A stretch of DNA of 64,000 nt, from positions 72,765 through 136,764 of the forward strand of contig CALWSL010000005.1 of the NCBI GenBank assembly GCA_944384205.1. The letters are read 5' to 3'. Made by a program: the position numbers and the translations under genes. Positions 29,606-39,877 of this stretch are shown here, in pieces (the first letter of the stretch is position 1; each line of letters opens with the position of its first letter). Source of the DNA: an uncultured Acetatifactor sp. (GTDB taxonomy: Bacteria; Bacillota; Clostridia; Lachnospirales; Lachnospiraceae). The notes under the pieces were generated by a model, which had not been told where the DNA came from, did no database searches, and saw only the letters and a list, made by a program, of their open reading frames with translations.

Positions 29606-30820
29606 ATGAAAAAAACAAATTCATCTCATGAACAAGTTTCCGGCACGATACCGGATATCGAAATTATAGATTTGGATCTTATAAATTCAAATCCTCATAC
29701 AAAAATGGATACAGCGAAGGCAAAAACAGCAAATGCTGAAGAACAGGACATTCCCGAAGAGCCTGTTCCTGCAGAAGACATTGATGATTTTGATGATCTG
29801 GATGCTCTGGACGATGAAGAAACATGGGAAGATGAGGAAAACCCTAAAAAAAAGATTGGCTGGCGCTCTTTCCTGAATTTGCACATGCTGCTTTTAGCGG
29901 TATTTCTCATTTTTGCAGGATCTATCTATTTCAAATTCAGCAACTGGGGAGAACGCATTGACATCTCAGAGATTACAAGTGAAAATTCCGACCAGAATCT
30001 GGATATATTGGACGAGTTCCTTCCTTTAATGGATAAAACGGGAAACATTGTGGAAACGGGAGAAGTTGAAACGATTGTGGTTTTTGGCAATGCACCTTTT
30101 GCAGATGACCGTGATTCAGACGACAATCTTGCCAATCTGATTGCAGACGCTTCCGGCGCTACCGTGTATAACTGTTCCGTCACAGGAAGCTATCTTGCTT
30201 CCGAATGGCCCTTTTTCGATGCAAACGAAAAACCCATGGACGCTTACTGCTTCTACTGGCTGGTTACTCTTGCCACAAGCGGAGCAAATGCGCATTACTA
30301 TCAGGAAGCCGCCAACGTTTTAGGGGAGGATATCCCCCCTGAAGCCCAAGAGGTATACGACACTCTGACTACTTTGGATTTCAACTCTGTTGATGTGATA
30401 GCGGTTATGTATGATGCAGCCGATTATCTGATGGGACACGAGATGTACGATGACGCCAATCCCACAAATATTCAGCAGTTTACCGGCAATCTGGAAGCCG
30501 GAATTGAGCTGCTGCAGAATACTTATCCCAATATCCGTATCATCGTGCTGTCACCTACTTACGCCTATGCGATAGATGAAGAAACCGGCGAATATGTCAG
30601 CAGTGATATGTACCGTTACGGGCAGGATGTATTATCCACCTATGTTATCAGGCAATACACCTCCTGCACTTCCCGGGGCGTCAGCTTTGTAGACAATCTT
30701 TATGGCACAGTCACTGAGGACAATGCACAGGATTATCTTATCGACAATCTTCATTTGAATGTGGAAGGCCGCAAGCTGGTTGCAGAACGTTTTATGCAGG
30801 CGCTAAATCGGGAAAAATAA
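29606..30820 (+). CDS. Membrane-anchored SGNH/GDSL hydrolase-family protein
   Basis: Acidic N-tail, TM, VVFGN block I, NCSVTGS, DNLHLN block V. Confidence 0.75.
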   Translation: MKKTNSSHEQVSGTIPDIEIIDLDLINSNPHTKMDTAKAKTANAEEQDIPEEPVPAEDIDDFDDLDALDDEETWEDEENPKKKIGWRSFLNLHMLLLAVFLIFAGSIYFKFSNWGERIDISEITSENSDQNLDILDEFLPLMDKTGNIVETGEVETIVVFGNAPFADDRDSDDNLANLIADASGATVYNCSVTGSYLASEWPFFDANEKPMDAYCFYWLVTLATSGANAHYYQEAANVLGEDIPPEAQEVYDTLTTLDFNSVDVIAVMYDAADYLMGHEMYDDANPTNIQQFTGNLEAGIELLQNTYPNIRIIVLSPTYAYAIDEETGEYVSSDMYRYGQDVLSTYVIRQYTSCTSRGVSFVDNLYGTVTEDNAQDYLIDNLHLNVEGRKLVAERFMQALNREK

Positions 30821-30859
30821 AAGTTTGCGCATATGGTACTTTTCTATAAAATTATTTTC

Positions 30860-30883
30860 AGGGAGAACACTGTTCTCCCTTTT
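30860..30883. terminator. Terminator between convergent genes
   Basis: AGGGAGAAC-ACT-GTTCTCCCT followed by TTT. Confidence 0.7.
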
Positions 30884-30888
30884 CACAC

Positions 30889-31698
30889 CTACTCCAATAT
30901 AATCTCCAAATCCACAGTACTATCCTTATAAATCATATAGCCTTCCACCTGCCCGAAGGTTTCATAATCATAATCACTCAAGTTGCCGTCTATCTCTTTG
31001 CCCTCCGGCAGAATGATATAAGCGCATGTCGCTTCCCTGGCAAGCCGGGAAAGCAGCTCCGCGTCAATCACTTCCGCCTCCATGGCGTCAAACAGCGCAT
31101 TCTCCGTGGTATAATTCCACCGCTCCACCGTTATTTCACGACCATAGGGCATACACACCACCGGAGAATACTGACGTACATACGAAATCAGCTCCACGGG
31201 GAAAACCGCCATGACCTCGCGCCCTTCCACCTCTATGGCGTCACAAATATCCACCACACTCTGAGGTACATGATAAGCATTCTCCGCCTTGCCAAATAGA
31301 GGATCCCGGTAAACAAAGCTTCCCGAAACCATAACCAATAAAGCTGTAACAACTGCAAAAACCGTCCTCTTTTTTTCTTTGAGCTTTCCATAGATTTCCA
31401 CCGTGGCAAAGGCAATCACCGCCGTCATGGGCAAAAGCCACAGAATGCGGTAATAAATCTCCGTATCCACATAGTGATAAATAACCAGCGTAATCAGTGG
31501 ATTAAAGAAAATCAGCAGGAGAATCAACGGCACATATACAAACAGAATGCGGACAGGCTTTCGCTTCTCCGTAACCAGCAGATAAATTGTCGCCGCCAGA
31601 TACCAGATAACAATCAGTCCGGTTCCCATGTAATATTGAAAAAAGTCATTGGAAACCTGCCATTTATAAAGAATACTTTCCCAAATATTATCCCCCAT
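30889..31698 (-). CDS. Membrane protein of unknown function
   Basis: Four hydrophobic segments (YYRILWLLP) plus a soluble C-terminus; in an operon with GT-C-like genes. Confidence 0.7.
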   Translation of the reverse strand: MGDNIWESILYKWQVSNDFFQYYMGTGLIVIWYLAATIYLLVTEKRKPVRILFVYVPLILLLIFFNPLITLVIYHYVDTEIYYRILWLLPMTAVIAFATVEIYGKLKEKKRTVFAVVTALLVMVSGSFVYRDPLFGKAENAYHVPQSVVDICDAIEVEGREVMAVFPVELISYVRQYSPVVCMPYGREITVERWNYTTENALFDAMEAEVIDAELLSRLAREATCAYIILPEGKEIDGNLSDYDYETFGQVEGYMIYKDSTVDLEIILE

Positions 31699-31728
31699 AC
31701 TCTTCCTCCGTCAAAGACAAATATAAGG

Positions 31729-32793
31729 TTAAAGCAATACATACAGAATCGAAAACACCACGCAGGGAAGACAGCACGCGGCAAGGGGAAATAAAAATTT
31801 CCACTTTTTATAACAAAACGCACCGCACACCCCCGTAACAGCTATCAGCATACAGGTCAGCAAAGTTCCCAGGGTGCTGCACAGACAGGCTGTAGTCAGC
31901 GTACACAAAAGCAATACCCAGTAGGAAACCGGCACTTTCTTATTTTCCTGCAATTTCTCAAGAAGCAGAAACAACAATAGTATCAACAAAGGAATCACAA
32001 TGCTTGCCAAAGCCGCCTTTCCCTGTCTGCTCCGTTCAATCATAAACCGCTCCGCCGTATAGATGGAATAATCTCCAAACAATACCAAAAGCTCCGTAAA
32101 AATCAAAAACAGCGGAAGTCTCTCTTTATTTTTCACCAACAATCTGTTTCCCAACAGATAATATATGCCGTATGTCATGGCAATCAGAATGGGCGGCGCC
32201 GCCATATGCGCTACGCTTGCGGTACGAATCCCCGTTACTCTTGCCAGAAAGGCAATCCAAATAGGAAACGGAGCCAGACCGTAACGGGCGTCCAGCGTTG
32301 TCGTACCTCCCGTATACGCGCTCTTAATATACATGGTATCCGATTCCTCTGTAACTGTGGCTACTGCCACATAAAACGCATCATCCCCGTCCGCATACGC
32401 AAGGCGAAGCGCCTGCACGAGCTGAAATATCAGAAGCCCCCAGAAGACAGCCCATGCAGCATAGTATCCTTTTTTTCGTGCTCCCGGTCTGTTATCCACA
32501 GGACGAAGGGATGCGCCGCCTCTTTTCTTTCTAATCACACAGAAAACCAGTGCGGCTGCCACCAAAACCGCCATATATGCCAGATAAATCTGCACCACCA
32601 GGGTGAAACGCTCCTGCTTTAATATAAGCGGCACTGTAATCACCTGAAAACCTGCCCACAAAAGCATCTGTCCGCTTATCCACAGAAACGGAAGCTTTTT
32701 CATACGCTTATCCACACCCGCGAAAAGACTTCCCACAATAACAGGTATCACCAATAATAAAATTCCCAACAGTAATATCCGCAACGCTAACAT
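31729..32793 (-). CDS. Polytopic membrane protein, DUF6077-like / GT-C-like
   Basis: Many TMs; DGDDAFYV acidic motif after an early TM, typical of GT-C loops. Confidence 0.6.
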   Translation of the reverse strand: MLALRILLLGILLLVIPVIVGSLFAGVDKRMKKLPFLWISGQMLLWAGFQVITVPLILKQERFTLVVQIYLAYMAVLVAAALVFCVIRKKRGGASLRPVDNRPGARKKGYYAAWAVFWGLLIFQLVQALRLAYADGDDAFYVAVATVTEESDTMYIKSAYTGGTTTLDARYGLAPFPIWIAFLARVTGIRTASVAHMAAPPILIAMTYGIYYLLGNRLLVKNKERLPLFLIFTELLVLFGDYSIYTAERFMIERSRQGKAALASIVIPLLILLLFLLLEKLQENKKVPVSYWVLLLCTLTTACLCSTLGTLLTCMLIAVTGVCGAFCYKKWKFLFPLAACCLPCVVFSILYVLL

Positions 32794-32795
32794 GC

Positions 32796-34202
32796 TTACT
32801 CCCTTCTGATAATGCCCCGCGTACAGGACAAAAGCGCCCACAGCAGCCAAAGCAGCGTTACGGCGATTGATTTTTTATAATCCATCATGCCCGCTCCGCG
32901 CAGACTGTACAGCAATACCAACACACCGGAGGTAAACAGACAAATGAGCACGGAAAGCACTTTGCCTCCATGAAAAGTCAGAGAGCCTTTCCGCCTCCAC
33001 GCACCATAAAAAGCCTTCCCGATAACCGCCGCTTGAACCGCTCCCGCCACACAAAGCCCTGCCGCAAACCACCAGCAGCTATAATTCAAAAAATATTCCG
33101 TAAGCTGCGGCATCCCTGCCCGCATAATATCATAATTTCGTCCCGAATAGGAATCGTATGCTTTACCCGTAAGCTGTCTCTGTAATACCATCGGGGAAAA
33201 AGTATAACCTACCACATCCCATGCCGCGTCGTGCAGAATTTTACTTTTATGATGCTCCCATGCGATCTGCGCAACTTCTCCGAATATCTCCTCAGCGCGT
33301 TCTTCTCCCACTGCCTCTTCAATGGGAATTGCCAGCATCCGCTCCACATTATCTGCATAATAAGATACCTGCACTACCTGTTCCCAGGGGACAGCCTCCT
33401 TTGCCTCCCTGGGCCAAAGCTCGTAGCCATATTCCGCATAAAGCCATGCGCAGCGGCTCATCAGGGACGCGTTCAGACTTTGATGCACTCTGCCGTAATA
33501 CCCTTCCACCTGGGTAAGGTCTTGCACACCGGAAATCATTCCCGCAAAAGCAAGAATCATAATTCCGTTATACAGAATTTTCTTCTTGTTCGCCTTCCAG
33601 GACTTTGCCATGCCGAAAAGGAACAGGAAAATGACCGGAACCGCACCAAGATAAAGGTACACCGGCTGCATCAATGCCGCCAAAAGCCAAAACGCAAGCA
33701 CTTTAATTAACTGTCTGGAACGCAGCTCCCCGCCCTGCCGCAGCATGTCAAATGCAAAAGACAGTTCCAGCAGCAGAAACGAACTTGTCAAAGAATCCGG
33801 CAACACCGCAAGATGGCACTGCATTGCCATGGGAAAAGTAAGCATCGCCAGACTTCCCCACACCGTCGCTGCCTTTCCCTTTACCCCTGCGCTTCGCAAT
33901 AACCGATAAGCCGCAGCGAAAGCCATGCACAACTGTAACAGGTACAGAATGTAATGATAGGGGATGAGGAAAAAATCCTCTATCCCCCTTGCCAGCCATA
34001 TCAGTACCGGATACAAAATGCCCTCATACTCATCGCATATGAAACTTTTACTGATTTCTACATACAGCGCGCTCTCCCCAAACTGCTGATAGCCCGGAAA
34101 ATTGCATACCATCCAGCAAAGCCCCAGTACAATCTGGATACTGAAGCCGATGAAAAGCACTCCGCCCGCCACGGTAAAAAAAGCCTTACCTGCTTTCTGC
34201 AT
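32796..34202 (-). CDS. Polytopic membrane protein, putative GT-C glycosyltransferase
   Basis: About 10 TMs; DEYEGILYP acidic motif in the first loop. Confidence 0.55.
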   Translation of the reverse strand: MQKAGKAFFTVAGGVLFIGFSIQIVLGLCWMVCNFPGYQQFGESALYVEISKSFICDEYEGILYPVLIWLARGIEDFFLIPYHYILYLLQLCMAFAAAYRLLRSAGVKGKAATVWGSLAMLTFPMAMQCHLAVLPDSLTSSFLLLELSFAFDMLRQGGELRSRQLIKVLAFWLLAALMQPVYLYLGAVPVIFLFLFGMAKSWKANKKKILYNGIMILAFAGMISGVQDLTQVEGYYGRVHQSLNASLMSRCAWLYAEYGYELWPREAKEAVPWEQVVQVSYYADNVERMLAIPIEEAVGEERAEEIFGEVAQIAWEHHKSKILHDAAWDVVGYTFSPMVLQRQLTGKAYDSYSGRNYDIMRAGMPQLTEYFLNYSCWWFAAGLCVAGAVQAAVIGKAFYGAWRRKGSLTFHGGKVLSVLICLFTSGVLVLLYSLRGAGMMDYKKSIAVTLLWLLWALLSCTRGIIRRE

Positions 34203-34218
34203 ACGTTATCTCCAAAAA

Positions 34219-35352
34219 TTAATTCTCATCAAAAAATTTCTTCACAATCCCGCAGATATAGTCAACCTGCTCCAACGTCAGTCCATAGTACATGGGTAGG
34301 CGGGCAAGGCGCTCACTCTCCTTCGTCGTGTACTTATCCTCTCCATGAAAACGCCCAAATTTCAATCCCGCGGGAGCAGTATGAAGGGGAATGTAATGGA
34401 ATACGGAATAAACCCCGTTTACCTTCAGGTAATCAATAAATCTTGTTCGCTCCTCGATATCCTTCACTTTTACATAGAACATATGGGCATTGTGAACACA
34501 GCCCTCCGGAACGGTAGGAAGTGTAAGCTTTCCCGACTCCGCCAAAGGCGTCAGATTCTCTTTATACCGGTTCCAGCAGGCAAGTCTGGCATCGTTAATC
34601 TTATCTGCGACCTCAAGCTGCGCATACAGATATGCCGCGTTCATATCGCTGGGCAAATAGGAGGAGCCGTAATTCACCCAGGTATACTTGTCAATCTGTC
34701 CTCTGAAGAACTTACTTCTGTTGGTTCCCTTCTCACGGATAATCTCCGCCTCTTCCACATCCTTTTCCTCACGAATCAGAAGGGCGCCGCCCTCACCCAT
34801 GCTGTAATTTTTGGTTTCATGAAAGCTGAAACATCCGAAATCACCGATGGTTCCCAGCGCTTTTCCTTTATAAGAAGCCATCATGCCCTGTGCCGCGTCC
34901 TCAATTACAAACAAATGATGTCTCTTTGCAATATCCATAATGGCGTCCATCTCGCAGGCAACCCCCGCATAGTGGACAGGCACAATCGCCCTTGTTTTCT
35001 CCGTAATCGCCGCTTCAATCAGCTTTTCATCAATATTCATAGTATCGGGTCTGATATCCACAAATACCGGTGTTGCGCCGCGAAGCACAAAAGCGTCGGC
35101 GGTGGATACAAAGGTATATGCCGGCATAATAATTTCATCCCCCGGCTTCACATCCGCAAGCAGCGCCGCAAGCTCCGTGGCATGGGTACAGGATGTGGTC
35201 AGCAGGCATTTTGCCGTGCCCGTCCTCTTCTCAATCCATTCGCTGCACTTCTTTGTGTAAGCGCCGTCTCCGCATATTTTCTGGTTTTCCACACACTCTC
35301 TGATATAATTCATTGCCGTATCTACATAGGGCGGAACGTTAAAATTAATCAT
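34219..35352 (-). CDS. wecE: dTDP-4-amino-4,6-dideoxygalactose transaminase
   Basis: LTTSCTHATE, VHYAG, EDAAQ, SFHETKNYSMGEGG, REKGTNRS, GSSYLPSD, HNAHMFY are highly characteristic of WecE/RffA. Confidence 0.88.
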   Translation of the reverse strand: MINFNVPPYVDTAMNYIRECVENQKICGDGAYTKKCSEWIEKRTGTAKCLLTTSCTHATELAALLADVKPGDEIIMPAYTFVSTADAFVLRGATPVFVDIRPDTMNIDEKLIEAAITEKTRAIVPVHYAGVACEMDAIMDIAKRHHLFVIEDAAQGMMASYKGKALGTIGDFGCFSFHETKNYSMGEGGALLIREEKDVEEAEIIREKGTNRSKFFRGQIDKYTWVNYGSSYLPSDMNAAYLYAQLEVADKINDARLACWNRYKENLTPLAESGKLTLPTVPEGCVHNAHMFYVKVKDIEERTRFIDYLKVNGVYSVFHYIPLHTAPAGLKFGRFHGEDKYTTKESERLARLPMYYGLTLEQVDYICGIVKKFFDEN

Positions 35353-35363
35353 AACTGCCTCCT

Positions 35364-36329
35364 TTACTCTCCGCTGCTCTTATGCCACGCACCGACTACA
35401 TTACCCTCCACATGACCTGCAACCTTACTGATTATATATTTGGGTCTTCCCTTTACCTCCTCGTAAATTCTGGCAATGTAATGTCCGATAATACCAAGGC
35501 TCAGCATCAGAAAGCCCCCAACTATCAGAATCAGTAAAATCACCGTTGTAAAGCCTTCCACAGCAGTTCCCATCAGATATTTCACCAATGTCTGCACCGC
35601 CAAAATTACGCTGAACAAAATAAGTGTCATCCCCATCACCGTCACAAGCTGCAGCGGAAAGGTACTAAAGGAAGTCGCATTGGCAACCGCATACTTCATC
35701 AGGCTAAAGAAGGACCATTTGCTCTCTCCGAACTGTCTCTCCTGTACCTCATACTCCACGGATTCCGTGCGGAAGCCCGCCCAGAAGGTCAGCGCCCGGA
35801 AAAAGGTATTCCGCTCCGGCAGCTCAAGCAGCACATTTACCACCTTACGGTCAAGCAGTTTAAAATCCGAGGAAGCATTCATATCCATTTTTATCAGTTT
35901 ACTCATAATCTTATAAAACAGACCTGCGGACATTTTATGAAAAATACTTTCCTTTCCGCGGCTTGTCTTAATACCTTCCACGACCTCAACGCCGTCCTGC
36001 CAAAGCTTCCACATCTTAAGGATTGTCTCAGGCGGATGCTGCAAATCACAATCCATCACAATCACCGCATCCCCGGTGGTCAGCTCCAGTCCGGCAAAAA
36101 TAGCGGCTTCCTTGCCGAAATTGCGGCTGAAGCAGGCGCCCTTCACATTGGGATTCGCCGCTGCCGCCTTCTCTATTTCCTGATAGGTATTATCCTTGGA
36201 GCCGTCGTTTACAAACACCAATTCATAGGGAATCTGATTCTCTTCCAAAAGCTTGGACAATACCTTTGTCGCAACGGCAATATTTTGTTCTTCATTGTAC
36301 GCCGGCAAAACAATTGATAACAGTGCCAT
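35364..36329 (-). CDS. GtrB/ArnC-like undecaprenyl-phosphate glycosyltransferase (GT2)
   Basis: FSRNFGKEAA, MDCDLQHPP, ASSDFKLLD, two C-terminal TMs, YIARIYEEVKGRP. Confidence 0.9.
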   Translation of the reverse strand: MALLSIVLPAYNEEQNIAVATKVLSKLLEENQIPYELVFVNDGSKDNTYQEIEKAAAANPNVKGACFSRNFGKEAAIFAGLELTTGDAVIVMDCDLQHPPETILKMWKLWQDGVEVVEGIKTSRGKESIFHKMSAGLFYKIMSKLIKMDMNASSDFKLLDRKVVNVLLELPERNTFFRALTFWAGFRTESVEYEVQERQFGESKWSFFSLMKYAVANATSFSTFPLQLVTVMGMTLILFSVILAVQTLVKYLMGTAVEGFTTVILLILIVGGFLMLSLGIIGHYIARIYEEVKGRPKYIISKVAGHVEGNVVGAWHKSSGE

Positions 36330-36350
36330 CCGTTTTCCTCCGTTTTTGCA

Positions 36351-37910
36351 TTAGTCTCTGTCGGCATTTTCCGTCTTTACATACAAAACGCCATCCACTA
36401 CCCTGGTCGAATCCGGACCCGGGAAGCTGTCCATTTCCATATATTCCTCAGAATAATAAATTTCCGTCATAACCTCCGGGTCCACAAAATTCAGGGTCGC
36501 CCCCAGATAATGCTTCATAAATGCCTGATAATTGGCTCCGGTATACAAAAGACTGTCGCCGCCGATTCCAATCATGCCGCCCGTCACCTCACCGGTGATG
36601 TCTGTGGACGGATATTCGCTGTCACTCACAACGCCAATCATGGCAACCGGGATTCCCTGATAATAACCTTCCGTCTGTTCAATGCGGTCAAGCAGTCTGA
36701 TGCAATAGGCATAGGTCTTTTCATATTTCTTCTGCAAATTGGAATAAGCAATATTGTCCATAACGCTGTAGTTAAATACCATGACAACGCCTGCACACAA
36801 AAGTCCCCACTGCACAAAAGGCACCGGTTTTCCCTCGCCCGCATAACGCTCGCAAAATGCCAGCAGCAAAATCGGATATACCACCCACTGATACCGCATC
36901 AGAAGATGATAGGTCACATCGGGCGAAATCACCAGAATGATATTTGTCGCAATGGGCACTCCCAAAGCCAATAACCCTATTATAACGAAAAAGAGCGGAT
37001 TCTTCCACCATTTTCTCAGAAAACACAATCTGCATAGAACAAATACCGCAACCGCTGCAAGCAGAAGCAGCGCTGCCCCGGAAAAAAAATTGTTAAACAC
37101 CACGTTTCCTTTGAGGGAAAAAGTGACAAAATCAATATACATTTCCTTTACGGTAGCGAGCAGTCCCGCAGACTGCGCTGCATTTCCCGTACTCATACCG
37201 TTGATGCCCTGATAGGAGGCAAGCTCCTTCCCCTGCACCTTTAACAGAATCCGCAAAATCACAAGATACAGCCCGCCGCCCAGAACACCCATATAGAGGT
37301 AATTCAAAATCGCTTTTATTTTCTCCTTCACGCTTCCGCTTTCCATCATACAAATCAGAATCGAATAAATACACAGCAGAATCGCAAAAGGCAGATACGC
37401 CTGATAGGTTCCCAGACTAAAGGCAAGGCACACCGCCCCCGCCGCAAAGCCGTACTTATATTTCTTCGTCAGCAGTACCGAAAGCACTGCCAGAAAGAGC
37501 GCCAGCATATAGCCGTCCAGCGTAAACACATAGGCAAAGGTGGAAGCGAGCGCCGGGAAAGAGACGAGAAGTCCGCTGACCAGCACAATGTTCCACGTCC
37601 TTTTCAGCTCCAACAGCTCCGTCAGAGCCGCCGCCGTACAGGACAGGAACAAAAGCCCCAGCACGCCAATCAGCCACGGCAATGTAAAGTATGAAGAAAA
37701 ACCGCAGGCAACCGTCAGAAACCATCTGCCGGAGGTAATCATATTCTGGTCAAAATACATGCTGTCAAGTCCGTCATGGTTGGGAATATCCGAAGTCATA
37801 ATGGGCAGATGAATCAACAGTCCCAAAAGAAACGCGGTCAAAAAAGCAATTTTCCACTCCCGTCGGATACCTTTTTTCAGTTTTTCATAAATCTCTGTAG
37901 GCGTTCCCAT
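36351..37910 (-). CDS. GtrII-like integral membrane glycosyltransferase
   Basis: NHDG...SGRW motif, YQAY, many TMs; adjacent to the GtrB-like gene. Confidence 0.72.
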   Translation of the reverse strand: MGTPTEIYEKLKKGIRREWKIAFLTAFLLGLLIHLPIMTSDIPNHDGLDSMYFDQNMITSGRWFLTVACGFSSYFTLPWLIGVLGLLFLSCTAAALTELLELKRTWNIVLVSGLLVSFPALASTFAYVFTLDGYMLALFLAVLSVLLTKKYKYGFAAGAVCLAFSLGTYQAYLPFAILLCIYSILICMMESGSVKEKIKAILNYLYMGVLGGGLYLVILRILLKVQGKELASYQGINGMSTGNAAQSAGLLATVKEMYIDFVTFSLKGNVVFNNFFSGAALLLLAAVAVFVLCRLCFLRKWWKNPLFFVIIGLLALGVPIATNIILVISPDVTYHLLMRYQWVVYPILLLAFCERYAGEGKPVPFVQWGLLCAGVVMVFNYSVMDNIAYSNLQKKYEKTYAYCIRLLDRIEQTEGYYQGIPVAMIGVVSDSEYPSTDITGEVTGGMIGIGGDSLLYTGANYQAFMKHYLGATLNFVDPEVMTEIYYSEEYMEMDSFPGPDSTRVVDGVLYVKTENADRD

Positions 37911-37928
37911 GCTTTTCACCTCTCACTA

Positions 37929-38810
37929 TCAGTCTTCTGCTTCGTCCGCAGACAGATATTCGTATATCTTCTCCGCTATTAATTTCCGTCCCTCTTCATT
38001 GGGATGAAGTCCGTCTCTGGTATAGATTTCCCAGTCGCTCCACTGCTCATGGGGATAAAAATCATGATAAAGGTCTATCACTTCCACTCCCATACTTTCT
38101 GCCACACCGATTTCGGCATTTACATAATCCTCCAGCAGTCCGCCGCCCAGATTGTAATTTTCGCAGGTAAGCTCATAAGCGTCATTATAAGGATACCAAC
38201 TGTAAGGAGACGTCAGCAGAAGAATCCTCATGTCTGGATATTTATCCCGCAGGGTCTTTATGGTGCTGCGCAGAGCGCCGGTAAAGGTATACGCATCATA
38301 TGGGTCCTCCCCATTGTAAATCGGAGTTCCCGCATGATAATCATTTATGCCGTGCCCGATAATCAAAAGCTCCACAGACGCAAAATCAATCTGTTCCATC
38401 TCATTGATGGTTTCCTCAAAATATCCGGTGGCGGCTTCCCTGCTCCGCACCGTCTGCTGGATGCCGAAATCTCCGGTCACAATAGACTGGGAAAACGCCT
38501 GCATAGACAGACAGTCCTTGGTATAGGCCAGACGCATCTCCGTATCTGTTCTTCCCATACAGGTGCCGCCAAGCGCACCGTTAAATACCGGCTCTCCCAG
38601 CAATTGGGCAAGCCGGGCGGACACAGAACTCTCGTCCCTGCATTCTCCCAGAATGCTGTCCCCCATCATGACAATCCGCACCGTCGTTTTTTCCTGTCCG
38701 CTCCTTCTGTCGTGATAAGTTGCGGCAAACAAAACTCCAAACAAAAGCAATGCCGCTATTCCGTATATTATTATACTTTTATTCCACTTCTTACTGTTTG
38801 TCGTCACCAT
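37929..38810 (-). CDS. Membrane-anchored SGNH/GDSL hydrolase
   Basis: MMGDS, NGALGG, GINDY, DGLHPN. Confidence 0.88.
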   Translation of the reverse strand: MVTTNSKKWNKSIIIYGIAALLLFGVLFAATYHDRRSGQEKTTVRIVMMGDSILGECRDESSVSARLAQLLGEPVFNGALGGTCMGRTDTEMRLAYTKDCLSMQAFSQSIVTGDFGIQQTVRSREAATGYFEETINEMEQIDFASVELLIIGHGINDYHAGTPIYNGEDPYDAYTFTGALRSTIKTLRDKYPDMRILLLTSPYSWYPYNDAYELTCENYNLGGGLLEDYVNAEIGVAESMGVEVIDLYHDFYPHEQWSDWEIYTRDGLHPNEEGRKLIAEKIYEYLSADEAED

Positions 38811-39873
38811 TCACGCCCTTTGCCCGCTGCAACAGCTTCTCTGCCAGACGGACGGCTCCTTTACCGTCAATCAATTTCCGTTCCTTCTCGTAACAGGTCT
38901 TACGCAAATCATACTCTGCGCAATACTGTCCAAACAAAACCTGCAAATTATCCAGTACGGCTTCCGCATTGCGGTGATAAGCGCCAAGAAACCCTGCAAT
39001 GCCATTCACACCGATATACTCTGTCAGCGCCTCCTGATTTTTTGCATAGGAAAAGCAGAGAAAGGGGATTCCCAAAGCCGCCAGCTCATAAATCGTAGTT
39101 CCGCCCGCAGTGACAGCAATGTCACATTTCTGCATCAGTCCTGCCATATCACTGACGTCATGATAAATATGAACATTCTCGCAGGTTCCTTCCAATTCCT
39201 TTAAAGTATCCAAATGAGGATTATATTTTCCCGTCGCCACATGAAACTCCATGTCCCCGCTGTAAATCGCCTTCAGAACCGCTCCCGCGATATTGTCCTG
39301 GTCTCCGCCACCGGTGGTAATCAGCACATTTTTTACGCTTTCCGACACCTTGTAATCCCGGTTCAGAAACTGCTGCCGTACAGGAACATAATCCCTTCCC
39401 ACAAAAAACTCTGTTTCTGTCCCCTTATATAGCTGGCGGTAACTGTCCTCATCCGCAAAGACATTATAATTAATTACTGCATCTACGGGATAGGTATGCT
39501 CCTGCATATCATCCATCAGATATACCCTGCCATATGCGCCAAGGCGCTCTAAGTATTCATCAGTCACATAATAGCTGTCTGCAAGAATCACATGCTGCTT
39601 CCCGGAAAGCTCCTCCTTCTGCAGTAATTCCTGCCGCTGCAGCAAATCCTCCCATACAGGCAGCTCCGATTCCATATCCTGATAGTCCGTTCCAAGCACC
39701 TTCACCTGAAAGCCACAGCTTGCCGCCATATCCGCAGACTGCTCATCTGCGCATAGAAAGATAATGTTCTGACGGCTGCACAGCATTTTTCCCATGGACT
39801 CTGCCACCGTCAGGCAGCGCATCAAATGCCCGGCTCCTGTTTTTGCATTTCCATCAGCTCGAATAATATACAT
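38791..39873 (-). CDS. pseG: PseG/SpsG-like nucleotide-sugar hydrolase
   Basis: IRADG...GAGHLMRCL, DSY, TTGGGD, AGGTTIYEL, DGKGA; directly downstream of pseI. Confidence 0.8.
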   Translation of the reverse strand: MYIIRADGNAKTGAGHLMRCLTVAESMGKMLCSRQNIIFLCADEQSADMAASCGFQVKVLGTDYQDMESELPVWEDLLQRQELLQKEELSGKQHVILADSYYVTDEYLERLGAYGRVYLMDDMQEHTYPVDAVINYNVFADEDSYRQLYKGTETEFFVGRDYVPVRQQFLNRDYKVSESVKNVLITTGGGDQDNIAGAVLKAIYSGDMEFHVATGKYNPHLDTLKELEGTCENVHIYHDVSDMAGLMQKCDIAVTAGGTTIYELAALGIPFLCFSYAKNQEALTEYIGVNGIAGFLGAYHRNAEAVLDNLQVLFGQYCAEYDLRKTCYEKERKLIDGKGAVRLAEKLLQRAKGVNGDDKQ

Positions 39874-39877
39874 CTGT

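Noticed and set aside
34345-35415. 356-aa plus-strand ORF
   Set aside because: Antisense shadow of the highly conserved wecE
38004-39098. 364-aa plus-strand ORF
   Set aside because: Antisense shadow of the SGNH and pseG genes; no motifs, no RBS, atypical composition
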